Source: the human T2T-CHM13v2.0 reference genome, Homo sapiens
Direction: 5' to 3' (one strand)
DNA: 64,000 nt
NCBI RefSeq assembly: GCF_009914755.1
Contig: NC_060926.1
Shown here one piece after another: positions 17,199-31,409 of this stretch. The stretch's first letter is position 1. Each line of letters opens with the position of its first letter. The notes beneath the pieces are model-generated. The model was given only the letters and a program-made list of their open reading frames with translations, did no database searches and had not been told where the DNA came from. A program made the translations under genes and the position numbers.

Positions 17199-17507
17199 GG
17201 TTTTCCCATTTTTTTAACCTTTATTTTAGGTTAATGGGTACAAGTGCAGGTTTGTTATGCAGGTAAATTACATCTCATGAGGGGTTGGTGTTTTTTCCAG
17301 ATTTTTTCCGCCATCTAGGTAACAAGTATAGTATCTGATAGGTAGTTTTTTGTTCCTCTTTCTACTCCCTCCCTCAAGTAGGCCCTGGTATCTGTTGTTT
17401 CCTTCTTTGTGTTCATGTGTTTAGCTTCAAAGTTGAGCTCCAACTTCTGAGAACATGTGGTATGTGGTTGTCTGTTTCTGTGTTAGCTGACTTAAGATAA
17501 CCGCCCT

Positions 17508-17902
<395 letters not shown>

Positions 17903-20254
17903 TTAGGTTGATTCCATGTCTTTGCTATTGTGAATAGTGCTACAATGAACATACGAGTGTGTGTGTCTTTTTGGTATAATCTATTTTCCTTTGGGTATAT
18001 ACCCAATAATGAGATTGCTGAGTCGAGTGGTAACTATGCTTTGAATTCTAAGAAAAATCACCATGCTGCTTTCCACAATGGCTGAACTAATTTACATTCC
18101 CACCAGTAGTGTGTAAGCATTCCCTTTTCTCTGCAACTTCACCAGCATCTGTTTTTTTGACTTTTTAATAATACCCATTATAACTGGTGTGAAATGGTAT
18201 CTCATTGTGGTTTTGATTTGCAATTCTCTAATGATAAGTGACGTTAAACATTTTTTCATATGTTTGTTGGCTATGTGTATGTCTTCCTTTGAAAAGGGTA
18301 TGTTCATGTCCTTTGTCCAATTTTTAATGAGGTTATTTGTTTTTTTCTTGTAAATTTGTTTAAGTTCTGTATAGATTCTGGATATTAGAACTTTGTCAGA
18401 TGCATACCTGGAAATACATTCTCCCCTTCTGTAGGTTGCCTGTTTACTCTATTGATAGTTTCTTTTGCTTTGCAGAAGCTCCATTAAATTAGGTACCACT
18501 TGTCAATTTTTGCTATGTTGAAATGGCTTTTGGCATCTTCATGGGTATCTTTGCCCATTCCTATCTCCATAATGGTATTTCTTAGGTTATCTTCCAGACT
18601 TTTTATAGTTTTAGATTGTATATTTAAGTATTTAATCCATCTTGAGTTGATTTTTGTAGATGATGTAAAGAAGAGATCCAGTTTCAATCTTCTGCATATG
18701 GCTAGCCAATTATTCCAACACCATTTATTGAATAGGGAATTATTTCTCTATTGCTTGTTTTTGTTGACTTTGTCAAAGATCAGACAGTTGTAGGTGTGTG
18801 GCATTATTTTTGGGTGCTGTATTTTGTTACATTGGTCTGTGGGTCTGTTTTTGTACCCATATCATGCTGTTTTGGTTACTGTAGCCTGTAGTGTAGTTAG
18901 AAGTTGGGTAACATGATGCCTCCAGCTTTATTCTTTTTGCTTAGTTAGGATTGCCTTAGCTATTTGAGCTCCTTTATGATTCCATATATATTTTTAAATA
19001 GATTTTTTTTCTAGTTCTGTGAAGAATGTCATTGGTAGTTTGATAGGAATAACATTGAATCTCTAAATTGCTTTAGGCAGTATGGCAACTTTAACAGTAT
19101 TGATTCTTCCTGTCCATGAGCATGGAATGTTTTTTGTTTGTATCATCTCTGATTTTTTTAGCATGTTTTGTTATTCTTACTGTAGAGATCTTTTACCTCT
19201 CTGGTTAGCTATATTCTTAGGTAATTTTTTTCTTTTTGTGGCTATTGTGAATTTGATTGGGCTACTAATTTGGCTCTCAGCTTGGATGTTATTGATATAT
19301 AGGAATGCTACTGATTTTTCTACATTAATTTTGTATCCTAAGACTTTGGTGAAGTTGTTTATCAGACCTAGGAGTTTTTGGGAAGAGACTATGAGGTTGT
19401 CTAGGTATAAAATCGTATTGTCTGCAAACAGGGATAGTTTGACTTCCTCTCTTCCTATTTGAATGCCTTTTATTTCTTTCTCTCACCTGATTGCTCTGGC
19501 CAGGGTTTCCAATACTATGTTGAATAGGAGTGGTGAGAGAGAGCATGCTTTTCCTGTTCTGGTTTTCAAGGAGAGTGCTTCCAGCTTTTGCGCATTCACT
19601 ATGATGTTGGCTGTGGGTTAGTCATGGATGGCTCTTATTATTTTGAAGTATGTTTCTTCAATGCCTAGTTTGTCGAGGGTTTTTAACATAAATGGATGCT
19701 GAATTTTATTGAAAGCCTTTTTTGAATCTGTGGAGATAATCATGGTTTTTGTTTTTAGTTCTGTTTGTGTGATGAATCACATTTATTGATTTGCTTATGT
19801 TGAACCAAACTTGCATCCCAATCCGTGATAAAGCCTACTTTATCATGGATTAGCTTTTTGATGTGCTGCTGAATTTGGTTTATTAATGTATTGTTGAAGA
19901 TTTTTAAATTCATGTTAATCATAGATATTGGCCTTAAGTTTTCTTTTTTTGTTGTGTCTCTACCAGGTTTGTATCAGGATGATACTGGTGTCATAGAATG
20001 AGTTAAGGTGGAGCCCCTTCTCCTCAATTTAAAAAAATAGTTTCTATAGGAATGGTACTGGCTTTTCTTTGTATATCTGTAGAATTCAGCTGTGAATATA
20101 TCTGGTCTGGGTTTTTTCTGACTGGTAGACTTTTATTACTGATTCAATTTCAGATCTCATTCTGGGTCTGATCAGGGATTTAATTTCTTCCTGGTTCAAT
20201 CTTGGCAGCTTGTGTGTTTCCAGGAATTTATCCATTTCTTCTAGGTTTCCTAGC

Positions 20255-20518
<264 letters not shown>

Positions 20519-22156
20519 CATAGTGATGTTTATAGCAGTCTCTGAGGGTTTTTTATATTTCTGTGGGGTCAGTGGTACTGCCATTTCTGTTTGTGTTTAT
20601 TTGGATCTTCTCCATGTCATTATTAGTCCAGCTATCTTATTTATTCTTTTCAAAAACCAACTCTTGGATCTGTTAATGTTTTGTACAGATTTCATGTCTC
20701 AATTTCCTTCAGTTCAGCTCTGATTGTGGTTATTTCTTGTCTTCCATTGGCTTTCAGGTCGGTTTCCTCTTGTTTCACTAGTTCCTCTTGGTGTGATGTT
20801 TGGTTGTTAATTTGAGATCTTTCTGACTTTCTGATGTGGGTATTTAGCACTATAAACTTTCCTTTTAATATAGCTTTAGCTATGTCCCAAAGATTCTGTT
20901 ATGTTTTATCTTTGCTCTCATTAGTTTCAAAGAATTTCTTGATTTCTGCTTCAATTTCATTGTTTACCCAAAGGTCATTCAAGAACAGGTTGTTTAATTT
21001 ACATGTAGTTCTATGGTTTTGAGCAAGTTACTTCGTATTGATTTCTATTTTGAGTGTGCTGTGGTACAAGAGTGTGGTTGGTATGATTTCCTCTTTTTAT
21101 GATTTTGCTGAGAATTGTTTTATGTGTGATTTTGTGGTCACTTTTAGATCATGTTCCATGTGCAGATAAGAAGGTATATTTCATTGTTTTGAGTGGAGAG
21201 TTCTGTAGATGTCTAATAGGTCCATTTGGTCAAGTGTAGAGTTCAGGTCCTGAATATCTTTGTTATTTTTGTTCCTCGATGATCTGTCTAATACTGTCAG
21301 TGGGGTTTTGAAGTCTTCCACTATTATTGTGTGAAAATTGAAGTCTCTTTGTAGTTCTCTAAGAACTTGCTTTATAAATCTTGGTGCTCCTGTATTGGGT
21401 GCATATATATTTAGGACAGTTAGCTCTTCTTATTGAATTGAACTCTTTACCATTATGTAATGCCCTTCTTTGTCTTTCTTTCTTTGTTTTGATTTGAAGT
21501 CTGTCTTGTCTTAAATTAGAATACAACCCCTGCTGTTTTCTGTTTTCTATTTGCTTGGTTGATTTTTCTCCTTCCCTTTACTTTGAGCCTATGGGTGTCA
21601 TTGCATGTGAGATGGGTCTCTTGAATATAGCATACCTTTGGTTCTTGCATATTTATTTAGCTTGCCATTCTATGCCTTTTAATTGGGGCATTTAGCCTAT
21701 TTACGCTCAATGTTAACATTGATATGTTCAGACTTGTTCCTGTCATCCTATTGTTATCTGGTTATTATGCAGACTTGTTTGTTTCGTTGCCTTATAGTGT
21801 CAATAGTCTATGTACTTATGTGTGTTTTTGTAGTGGCTGCTAATAATCTTTCCTTTCCATTTTTTGCATTATTTTCAGGACCTCTTACAATGCAGATACA
21901 TTGGTAACATATTCCCTTAGTATTTTTATATCTAAAAGAGATTTTATTTCTCGTTCACTACTGAAACTTAGTTTGGCTAGATATAAAATTCTTGGTGGAA
22001 AATTCTTTTCTTTAAGAATGCTGAATACAGGCCCTAAATGTCTTCTGTTTTGTAGAGTTTCTGCTGAAATTTCCAATGTTAGCCTGAGGAGGTTTCCTTT
22101 GTAGGTAACCTGCCCCTTTTCTCTAGCTGCTTTTAACTTTTTTTTTCTTTCATTTC

Positions 22157-23247
22157 TGTTGCAGGAAGTCAGGGACCCGGAACAGAGGGACTTAATGAAG
22201 CTGTGGCAGAAGAAAAAATTATGAAGATTTCATGGACATTTATTAGTTCCCCAAATTAATACTTTTATAATTTCTTACACCTGTCTTTACTGCACTCTCT
22301 GAACATAAATTGTGAAGATTTCATGGACATTTATCACTTCCCCAATCAACACTCTTATAATTTCCTATGCCTGTCTGTACTTTAATATCTTAATCCCATC
22401 ATCTTTGTAAGCTGAACATGTATGTCCCTCAGGACCCTGTGATGATTGTGCTATCTGCACAAATTGTTTGTAAAGCATGTGTGTTTGAACAGTATGAAAT
22501 CTGGGCATCTAGAAAAGGAACAGGATAACAACGACTTTCAGGGAACAAGGGAGATAACCATTAGGTCTGACTGCCTGGAAGCCAGGCAGGACCAAGTCAT
22601 ATTTCTCTTATTGTCAAAAACGGGTAAGAGAAATATTGCTGAATTCTTTCCCCAGTAAGGAATATTAATAACTAACAACCCTGGGAAAAGAATGCATTCC
22701 CGGGGGGCGGCCTCTAAAATGGCCGCTCTGGGAATGTCTGCTTTATGCAGTTGTAGATAGGGATGAAACATGCCCTGGTCTCCTGCAGCGCCCCCAGGCT
22801 TGCTAGGATTAGGATATCCAGCCTGGTGAATTTTAGTCAGACTGGTTGTTTGCTCTCAAACCCTATCTTCTGAAAAGATGTTATCAATGACAATGTGTGC
22901 CCGGTGGGACATGAGACTTCCTCAGCAATTCTAATTTTGCCCTGATCCTGTGATCTCACTCTGCCCCCATCTGCCTTGTGATATTTTATTGCCCTTGAAG
23001 CATGTGATCTCTGTGACCCACACCCTATTAGTACACCCCTCTCCTTTTGAAATCCATAATAAAAACTTGCTGGTTTTGTGGCTCAAGGGGCATCACGGAA
23101 CCTGCCGACATGTGATGTCTCCCCTAGACACCTAGCTGTAAAATTTATCTCTTTTGTACTCTTTCCCTTTATTTCTCAGACCAGCTGACACTTAGGGAAA
23201 ATAGAAAAGAACCTATGTTGAAATATTGGGGGCTGGTTCCCCCAGTA
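22157..23247 (+). mobile_element. MER11 solo LTR (HERV-K11/HML-8) inside L1 ORF1
   Basis: TGTTGCAGGAAGTCAGGGACCC start, internal GAAGATTTCATGGACATTTAT repeats, AATAAA, GGCTGGTTCCCCCAGTA end; perfect 6-bp TSD CATTTC (22151, 23248). Confidence 0.92.
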
Positions 23248-26200
23248 CATTTCGACCTTGGAGAATCTGATGATTTTGTGCCTGATGGTTTTCTTTTGTA
23301 GTATCTTGCTGGGGTTCTCCGCAAGATTTGAACATTCTCTGATTTGAATGTTGGCCTCTAGGTTGGGAGAATTTTCGTGGATGATATCCTTAAATATGTT
23401 TTACAAGTTGCTTACTTTCTCTCCCTCTCTTTCAAGGATTCAAATGAGACATAGATTTGTTCTCTTTACATAATCCCGTATTTCTTGGAGGTTTTGTTCA
23501 TTCTTTTTTATTCTTTTTTATTTTTATCTGACTGTGTTAGTTTGGAGAACCCGTCTTCAAGTGCTGAGATTCTTTCCTCAGCTTGGTCTATTCTGTTGTT
23601 AATACTAGCAATTGCATTATGAAATTCTTGTTGTGTGTTTTTCAGCTCTATCAGGTCAGTTTGGTTCTTTCTTATACCAACCATTTTATCTTTTAGTTCC
23701 TGTATCATTTTATTGTAATCTTTAGATTCCTTGGATTGGGTTTCAACTTTCTGCTGAATCTTGATGATCTTCATTCTTATCCACATTCTGAAATATATTT
23801 TTGTCATTTCAGCCATTTCAGCCTGGTTAAGAAGCCTTTCTGGGGAATTAGTGTAGTCATTTGGGGGAAAGAAAACACTGTGGCTTTTTGAATTGCAGAG
23901 TTTCTGTGTGGGTTCTTTCTTATCGTGTGGGCTGATGGTCCTTTAACTGCAGTGTACAGTGAGGTGACTTCTTTTCTTGATGTTTTCAGAAGGCTGAGAC
24001 TTTGTGCAAAGTCTTTAGTTGTTGCTGAGTTCTTCTTCTTGGTTTCACAAGGGGGTATATTAGCAAAATATTTTGATGTTGAAGTTTGGGCTGTGATCTA
24101 GTAGATGGTTCTTAAGCATAATGAACTGTACATAGTCTCTTGCTCAGCCATGTGACTCCTCTGTATTTCCTCACAATTGCAGCCTGCTTTCTCTCAGGGC
24201 CTGGAAAGTGTTGGCTCCTCTCCCACTCGAGTGCTGGCTGCAGATCTTGTCTTGGCAATCCCGAACTGTACACCACTGTCCTGGGGTGAACTCAGCTTTT
24301 TAGGCTTTATTTTCCTTCCCCAGCTTGTAAGCAAGAGGAGAAGCTACCTTGGCAGCAGCTGAGGCAGAGGGCCTTTCACTTGTTTCTTGGATCTCCACTC
24401 CAGAGAAATGCAGAACCACTACCAATGGGTGCAATTAGCCTGGGATGGGGAGGCTGAGTTGTGGGCCTGATCCTGGGGATCCACGGTACCAAGGAAATGG
24501 GGCAGGCTCTTGGAGGAGGCAGACTGGCTTCTTCTTCTCCTTAGGGCAACTGCAACTACAACTTTTGGGTAAAGCACTTAGAGTCTTTGTTCCTTCCCCA
24601 GTCCGAGGGCAGCAAGGGCAGTACCACTGCAGCAGCAGTAGCAGAGGGGCTTTTAGTTGCTTCTGGGTGCCCCTCCCCTAGGGAAACACGGAGCCACTAG
24701 CAGTGGAACGGTCAGCTGTGGGTGAGGTAGCTGTTCTGTAGTCCCAAGCTGAGGCTCCTACCTGCTGAAGACTGGGTAGGGACTCACAGGGGATAGAGAC
24801 TGAATTCCTCTCCATATGGTGGCTGCAGCATGCTAGATATCCTGGCATAGCAACCAGGCCCTTTGTGCTTTCCCCAGCTCAAGGGGTAGTAAGGATGGTA
24901 CCACAGCAGTTGCAATGGTAGAGAGCTGTGGGTTGTCTCTGGGATTTCCTCCATAGAGAAAGGCAGAGCCACCACCAACTGCAGTGTTCAGGCATGGTTA
25001 GGGTGTTTGTGCTGGGAGCCCAGGTTGAGAGGCACTGCCCAGTGAAGATTAGTGGAGATAGGACCTGTGTGTAAAACAGTCTGGCTGCTTTTCTGTAAGA
25101 CTGCTGTGCTGTGCTGGGGGCCAATGTTACTTCCTAATTATTATTGCATTTCCTCCTGAACCTGAGGGCAATAGGAGTGAGGGCTGCAGAGCAGCAAAAA
25201 TGGTGGCCTACCTTTCCCTCTGAGAGCTCTGTCCCAGGAAAGTTCAGAGCTGCTAACCAGCTCAAGAGCCCAGGCCCAGTATGGCTGGCGTCCCGGGTTA
25301 GGAGGCCCTGCCCTGTGAGGAATAGTGGGTTCAGGGATCCACGTGGAAAACTGGCTGCTTTTCTGTCAGGTGGAGTTACATCGCTGGGGGTCCTTGTTAG
25401 TCTCCAATCACTGTGTACCCTCCCAAGCCTAAGGGCAACAGGGCCGAGGGTTGTAGAGCAGCAAAAATGTCAGCCTGCCCCTTCCTCTGGGACCTCCATC
25501 TCAGGGAAGTGGAGAGCTGCTCCCAGCCCAAGAACTCAAACAGGGTTGGGGTGACCTCATTAGCATCCCAGGCCAGTGAGCTGTATCCTGCCCTACGAGT
25601 TGCAGTGGAGGTGAGGCCTGCAGTCCCTCATTGCTCAGCCTTGTAGATTCAGGCCCTTTCCTGGGAGTCTGCAAAGGAGCCTGGCCTCCCCCATTGCCAG
25701 AACTGCAGCTACTGGTGTTGGGGTGCTGGAGAATCCAAGGCTCCTGCGACTCTGCTTGTGCCTGTGTGGCTTGGTCTGCTCAGACTCCCCACAGCACTTC
25801 ATGTGGGTGTGGAGGCTCCTGTGTTGGGAAATCACAGGGAATGTCCTGAGCCCAGGGATGCAAAGGCTGTAGCAGAAGTATGAGTCCCTGCAGACTATCA
25901 CTCAGTCACTCATCATTTCCCCACAGTATAGGGGTCTCCTCTATCTCCATGCCAGTTCCAGGTAGGCAGTCGTCCTATCTTGCTCTTCTCTGTTCTCTGT
26001 GGGTAACATTGTTTCCTTGATGAATCCCAATGTGTCCACCTGGATGTTCTAGTTGAAGAGCTAGTGTTACTTGTTACTTTTCCTTCTTTCCACGAGAGCA
26101 GCACACACTAGCTGCTTCTAGTCAGCCATCTTGGCCCCAGAACCTGGTTTTCTCATATTTTTGACTTGTGATTTATGATGCAAAAGAGGTGTCAGTTTGT

Positions 26201-26734
26201 GGACACATCAGAAATTACATTAATTGTTTCTGATATTTCATCTCCAAATAAAAATCAAACCTGTACTATCTTTCCACACTTGTTATTAATTGAAATATTT
26301 AAACCTCTCAACTGCTAAATAGATCTCTAAATTATGTGACTACTGCAAGACCGTGTAAGTGGCTTGGCACTGTTAGATGGGGTGCTTTATTACAACCTAA
26401 TGAATTAAGTGTACTAAATTTTTAATCATTAATTTCTAGTATCAAAATGGTGAGTATAAGGTGTGAAGTTTTATTTAATGACTTAATTTTGAGTCTTAGT
26501 TCCAGGAAAGACTTCTAAATTAGAATTCACCCTAGGATAATTACAACTGTATTTGCAAATTGGAAGCATTACAGAATTCATTAAAAACATTTTATTTAGA
26601 AGACACCCCTGCTGCTTATGGTAATAACTTTTTTACATGATTAAGTGTCCATATGAGACAGCCTTTAAAAATTATGTATATCCATGCAATTTATAAGCTT
26701 TAATTAAAAAATCAATAATGAATGTAGACATTTG

Positions 26735-27632
26735 CTTGCTTCCCCTTTACCTTCTGCCATGATTGTAAGTTTCCTGAGGGCTTTTCAGCCATGCTGAATT
26801 GTGCATCAATTAAACCTCTTTCCAGTTACCCAGCCTTGGGCAGTTCTTTATAGCAGTATGAAAATGGACACATACAGTAAATTGGTACTGCAGAGACTGG
26901 GGTGCTGCTATAAAGATATCTGAAAATGTGGAAGAGACTTTGGGACTGGCTAACAGGTACAGGTTGAAATGGTTTGGGGGGCTCAGAGGAAGACAGGAAG
27001 ATATGGGAAAGTTTGGAACTTCCTAGAGACTTGTTGAATGGCTTTGACCAAAATGCTGATAATGATGTGGACAATGAAATCTAGGCTGAACTGGTCTCAG
27101 ATGGAGATGAGGTACTTGTTGGGAACTGGAATAAAGGTTTTCCTTGCTATGCTTTAGCAAAGAGACTAGCAGCATTTTGCCCCTGCCCTAGAGATCTGTG
27201 AAACTTTGAACTTGAGAGAGATGATTTAGGGTACCTGGTGGAAGAAATTTCTAAGCAGCAAAATGTTCAAGATGTGACTTTGGTGCTCTTAAAAGCATTC
27301 ATTTTTATGCATTCATAAAGAGATGGTTTGGAATTGAAACTTATGTTTAAATGGGAAGCAGAGCATAGAAGTTTGGAAAATTTGCAGCTTGATGATGTGG
27401 TAGAAAAGAAAAACCCATTTTCTGAGGAGAAAGTCAAGGCAGCTACAGAAATTTGCATAAGTAACAAGGAGCCAAATGTTAATCACCAAGACAATGCAAA
27501 AAATGTCTCCAGGGAATGTCAGAGGACTTCACAGCAGACCTTCCCATCACAAGCCCAGAGGCCTAGGAGGAAAAATGGTTTCATGGGACAGGCCCAGTGC
27601 CTTGGGCAGTCTCATGACTTGGTGCCCTGCAT
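26735..27632 (+). mobile_element. THE1D-like fragment (3' half of LTR plus first half of internal region), truncated at both ends
   Basis: Begins mid-LTR (CTTGCTTCCCC), passes the LTR/internal junction ATACA|GTAAATTGGTAC, ends GGTGCCCTGC; flanked by a 28-bp direct repeat. Confidence 0.88.
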
Positions 27633-28086
27633 GAATCACAAAAATCAATAATGAATGTAGACATTTGTCTGTCTAATGTGTATTTAGTTCATTGATATTT
27701 TTACATTTATTGGATGTATTTTTAATGTTTTTTTCCTCTATTCACTTATTTAGACTGCTAGCTAACTGGGTTAGGACTAGGCTATCACATCATTCTTTGA
27801 CCTGTGTCACTTGGTCTGACCCTTCTGAAAACCAAGAGTTTGTTCCAGATAAACCCAAGCAACTAGTGAATTATTCTCCAGAAATGAGAAATAGAGATGA
27901 TAGATACAAGTTCCCTAATTTTCCTATTAGTGCCCAATTTTTCTTACTTCAAATAAAAATATTATAAATACATGAAAATGTAATCACAATGAACTTTTAT
28001 TATTTCAGTGATATGAGTAATATCAGTGTCAGGAAACACCAAAGATCTTGTAGAACTACTGACTGTCTGATGAAAGCATTGCTTGG

Positions 28087-29384
28087 TGATATAACCCTTA
28101 CATGTCAAGGGAGAGACCAGGTGGAGGTAATTGGATCATGGGAGCCTGAGCTGTACATTGGCCCCTTTTAGCCAATGTGAAGAGCTTCAGAGGGTGCAAG
28201 CCCCAAGCCTTGGCAGCTTTCATGTGGTGTTGGGGCTGTGGGTGCACAGAAGTCAAGAATTGAGGTTTGGGAACCTCTGACTAGATTTCGGAGGACCTAT
28301 AGAAACACCTAAATGTCCAGGCAGAGGTGTGCTGCAGTAGCAGAGCCCTCATGGAGGACCTCTGCTAGGACAGTGTGGAAGGGAAGCTTGGGGTCAGAGC
28401 CCCCACACAGAGTCCCCACTGGGGCACTGCCTAGTGGAGCCATGAGAAGAGGGCCACCAATCCAGACCCCAAAGTGGTAGATCCACCAACAGCTTGCACT
28501 TTATGCCTGGAAAAGCCACTGAATGCCAGCCTGTGAAAGCAGCTGGATTAGGGGGTTGTACCCTGCAAAGGCACAGAGGTGGAGCTGCCCAAGACCATCA
28601 AAGCCTACCTCTTACATCAGTGTGACCTAGATGTGAGACATGGAGTCAAAGGAGAGAATTTTGGAGCTTTAAGATTTGACTGCCGTGCTGGATTTCAGAT
28701 TTGCATGGGGTCTGCAGCCCCTTCATTTTGGCCAGTTTCTCCCATTTAGAATGGCTGTATTTACCCAATGCCTGTAACCTCATTGTATCTAGGAAGTAAT
28801 TAAATTGCTTTTGATTTTATAGGCTTACAGGTGGAAGGGACTTGCCTTGTCTCAGATGAGATCTTGGACTCATACTTTTGAGTTAATACTGGAATGAATT
28901 AAGACTTTGGGTGACTGTTGAGAAGGCATGATTAGTTTTGAAATGTGAAAGGGACATGAGATTGGGGAGGGGCCAGGGGCAGAATGATACGGCTTTGTGT
29001 CCCCACACAAATCTCATCTTGACTTATAATCCCCATAATCCTTATAATCCCCTCATGTCAAGGGAGAGACCAGATGGAGATAATTGGATCATGGGGGTGG
29101 CATCCCCCATGCTGTTCACATGATAGTGAGTTCTCACAAGATCTGATGGTTTTATAAGGGGCTCTTCCCCTTTTGCTGGGCACTTCTCCTTCCTGCCACC
29201 TTGTGAAGAAGGTGCCTTGCTTCCCCTTTGCCTTCTGCCATGATTGTTTTCCTGAGGTCTTCCCAGCCATGGGAACTGAGGTCTTCCCAGCCATGCTGAA
29301 CTTTGAGTCAACTAAACCTCTTTTCTTTATAAATTACCCAGTCTCTGGCAGTTCTTTATAGCATTATGAAAATGGACTAATACA
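28087..29384 (+). mobile_element. Internally deleted and rearranged THE1D-like element; 3' LTR 28985-29384
   Basis: TGATA start and ACTAATACA end; 5-bp TSD CTTGG at 28082 and 29385; second half of internal region 28184-28984. Confidence 0.9.
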
Positions 29385-29994
29385 CTTGGGCAACTGACAT
29401 TAAAGCACTGGGTTTGGAAGATATTACATTTCACTATCATGAATGTGTAAGACATTTATCCAGTATCCCTCTTGAATCTGATTTTAATTTAGGCATCAAA
29501 AATTTTGACAAGTAAGGTGCTCAAGTCTGAATGTTTTGTTTTGAATATATATATTTATATGTATTTCATATATATAAAATCAGGGGACCTCTGATATATA
29601 TGACCTGAAAGAACGCAGTGAAAAGAAATGAGTTTTAATTAATTTAGAGATGAAGCCAAACACAAACTTTTAAGAAGTTAATTAATAATAAAACTTTTAT
29701 CAGGAGTTTTTATGTTTAAACTCTGTTTCAGCATTTCTCTCTTTTCCAGGTACTAATTTAATGCCTCTCAGCTGGAAATTCACTTAGCAGTACCTGATCA
29801 GTGGTAATGGACTGGACTCATCATGTATTTCTCCTTTAGAGTAAACACAATCAGGTGGGCAGTAGAGGGACGTAACAGAAGGAAGACTGCTTCTCTTTTA
29901 GTTACTGTGACCTCTATTTTGTTATTTCTTGCTCCTGTTGCATGGTCTATTAGCAGTGCATATGCATGGAGGCATCTGGTGGTGCTCCAGATAA

Positions 29995-30285
<291 letters not shown>

Positions 30286-30399
30286 AAAGGCAGTTTCTTA
30301 GTAACTGAGGCCTGCCTGGGGACCAGCGACTACCTTGTTATGTCACTCCTGACACAAACATGGCACATCTCACAATAGTGTTCATGTTCTCTCTACCTA

Positions 30400-30704
30400 C
30401 CTGTTCACTAGTATTAGGTCACCTGCACCAGGACGAGTTGTTTTCTGATGCCTAGTACTGTGAACCAGCTCTGGCCTCTGCAATCCAGAAAACTGCCACC
30501 CTATAGGCTGCAGCCATTATCTTCTCCACTAAGGTTTGAAACTCATCCTTGGAGAGTTGTCCCTTCTATTTTTATATTCCTTGGAGTTCTCTTTATATCT
30601 CCATAGTTAATGTTCTGTCATAGTTTAATAATTCCTTATATTAAAGTTCCCATGTTTAAATTACTTTGTGGTTTCTGTCTCTTGATTGATTTTAGAGAGA
30701 TACA
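30400..30704 (+). mobile_element. Ancient ERVL-type LTR 3' portion
   Basis: ATTAAA signal followed by GTGGTTTCTGTCTCTTGATTG...GATACA terminus. Confidence 0.4.
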
Positions 30705-31409
30705 CTTAAAAATTACCTATATTACTTTACAATGATATCCATATTATGGTGCCCTACTTCTTAAAAATAGTTTGAACATATTATAATCAATATTTATCAA
30801 TTGTGTAGCTCATTCACTTCACAATAGTATCAAAGTGACTATCCTGAATCCACACAGAGTGAGTTTTAATAGTGGTTATATTAAATTAATATAACATTAC
30901 TTATTTGAACAAAATTAGGTAGACATAAATTGTAATAAGGTATACATAAATTGTAATAAGGTACACATATTCTGCCTCTTTACAATATTATTATTATGAT
31001 TTAGAAATAAGAGATAGACTGTTCTTGAAAGAATGCCAAACTATTCAATAGTTGTAAACAGTAGTTCACATTTAGAAGCTAAATGATATTTGAGTAGAAT
31101 TTAGATTTAACGGGGTCAATCCCATTTGAATGTGTTTTAAGGAAGATTGTAAAAATAAAGACAACAATTTTCCATGTAAAAAGTTCCTAGTATTTTCTAT
31201 GCTACCATGTTGGCTTTATTTATTTTCTAGGAGGATAACATTATTTTTTTGTTCCCTGTGGAATAAACATCTAAAATACTACCTTTTACATAACTATAGT
31301 CTTTGCACAAGGCAATATACTAGTGGGTGGAAGTTGCCAAACATACAAATTTGGGCCTCTTAACAACTTTATACCTTTATTCATTTAGCCATTAAAAATA
31401 TTCTCACAG

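Noticed and set aside
22218-22380. Direct repeats GAAGATTTCATGGACATTTAT resembling a repeat-spacer array
   Set aside because: Two copies only, intrinsic to the MER11 LTR; not CRISPR
29750-29854. Strong acceptor (TTTCTCTCTTTTCCAG) plus CAG|GTGGGC donor
   Set aside because: Stops in all three frames and no other support; such signals arise by chance in AT-rich DNA, though a noncoding exon is not excluded
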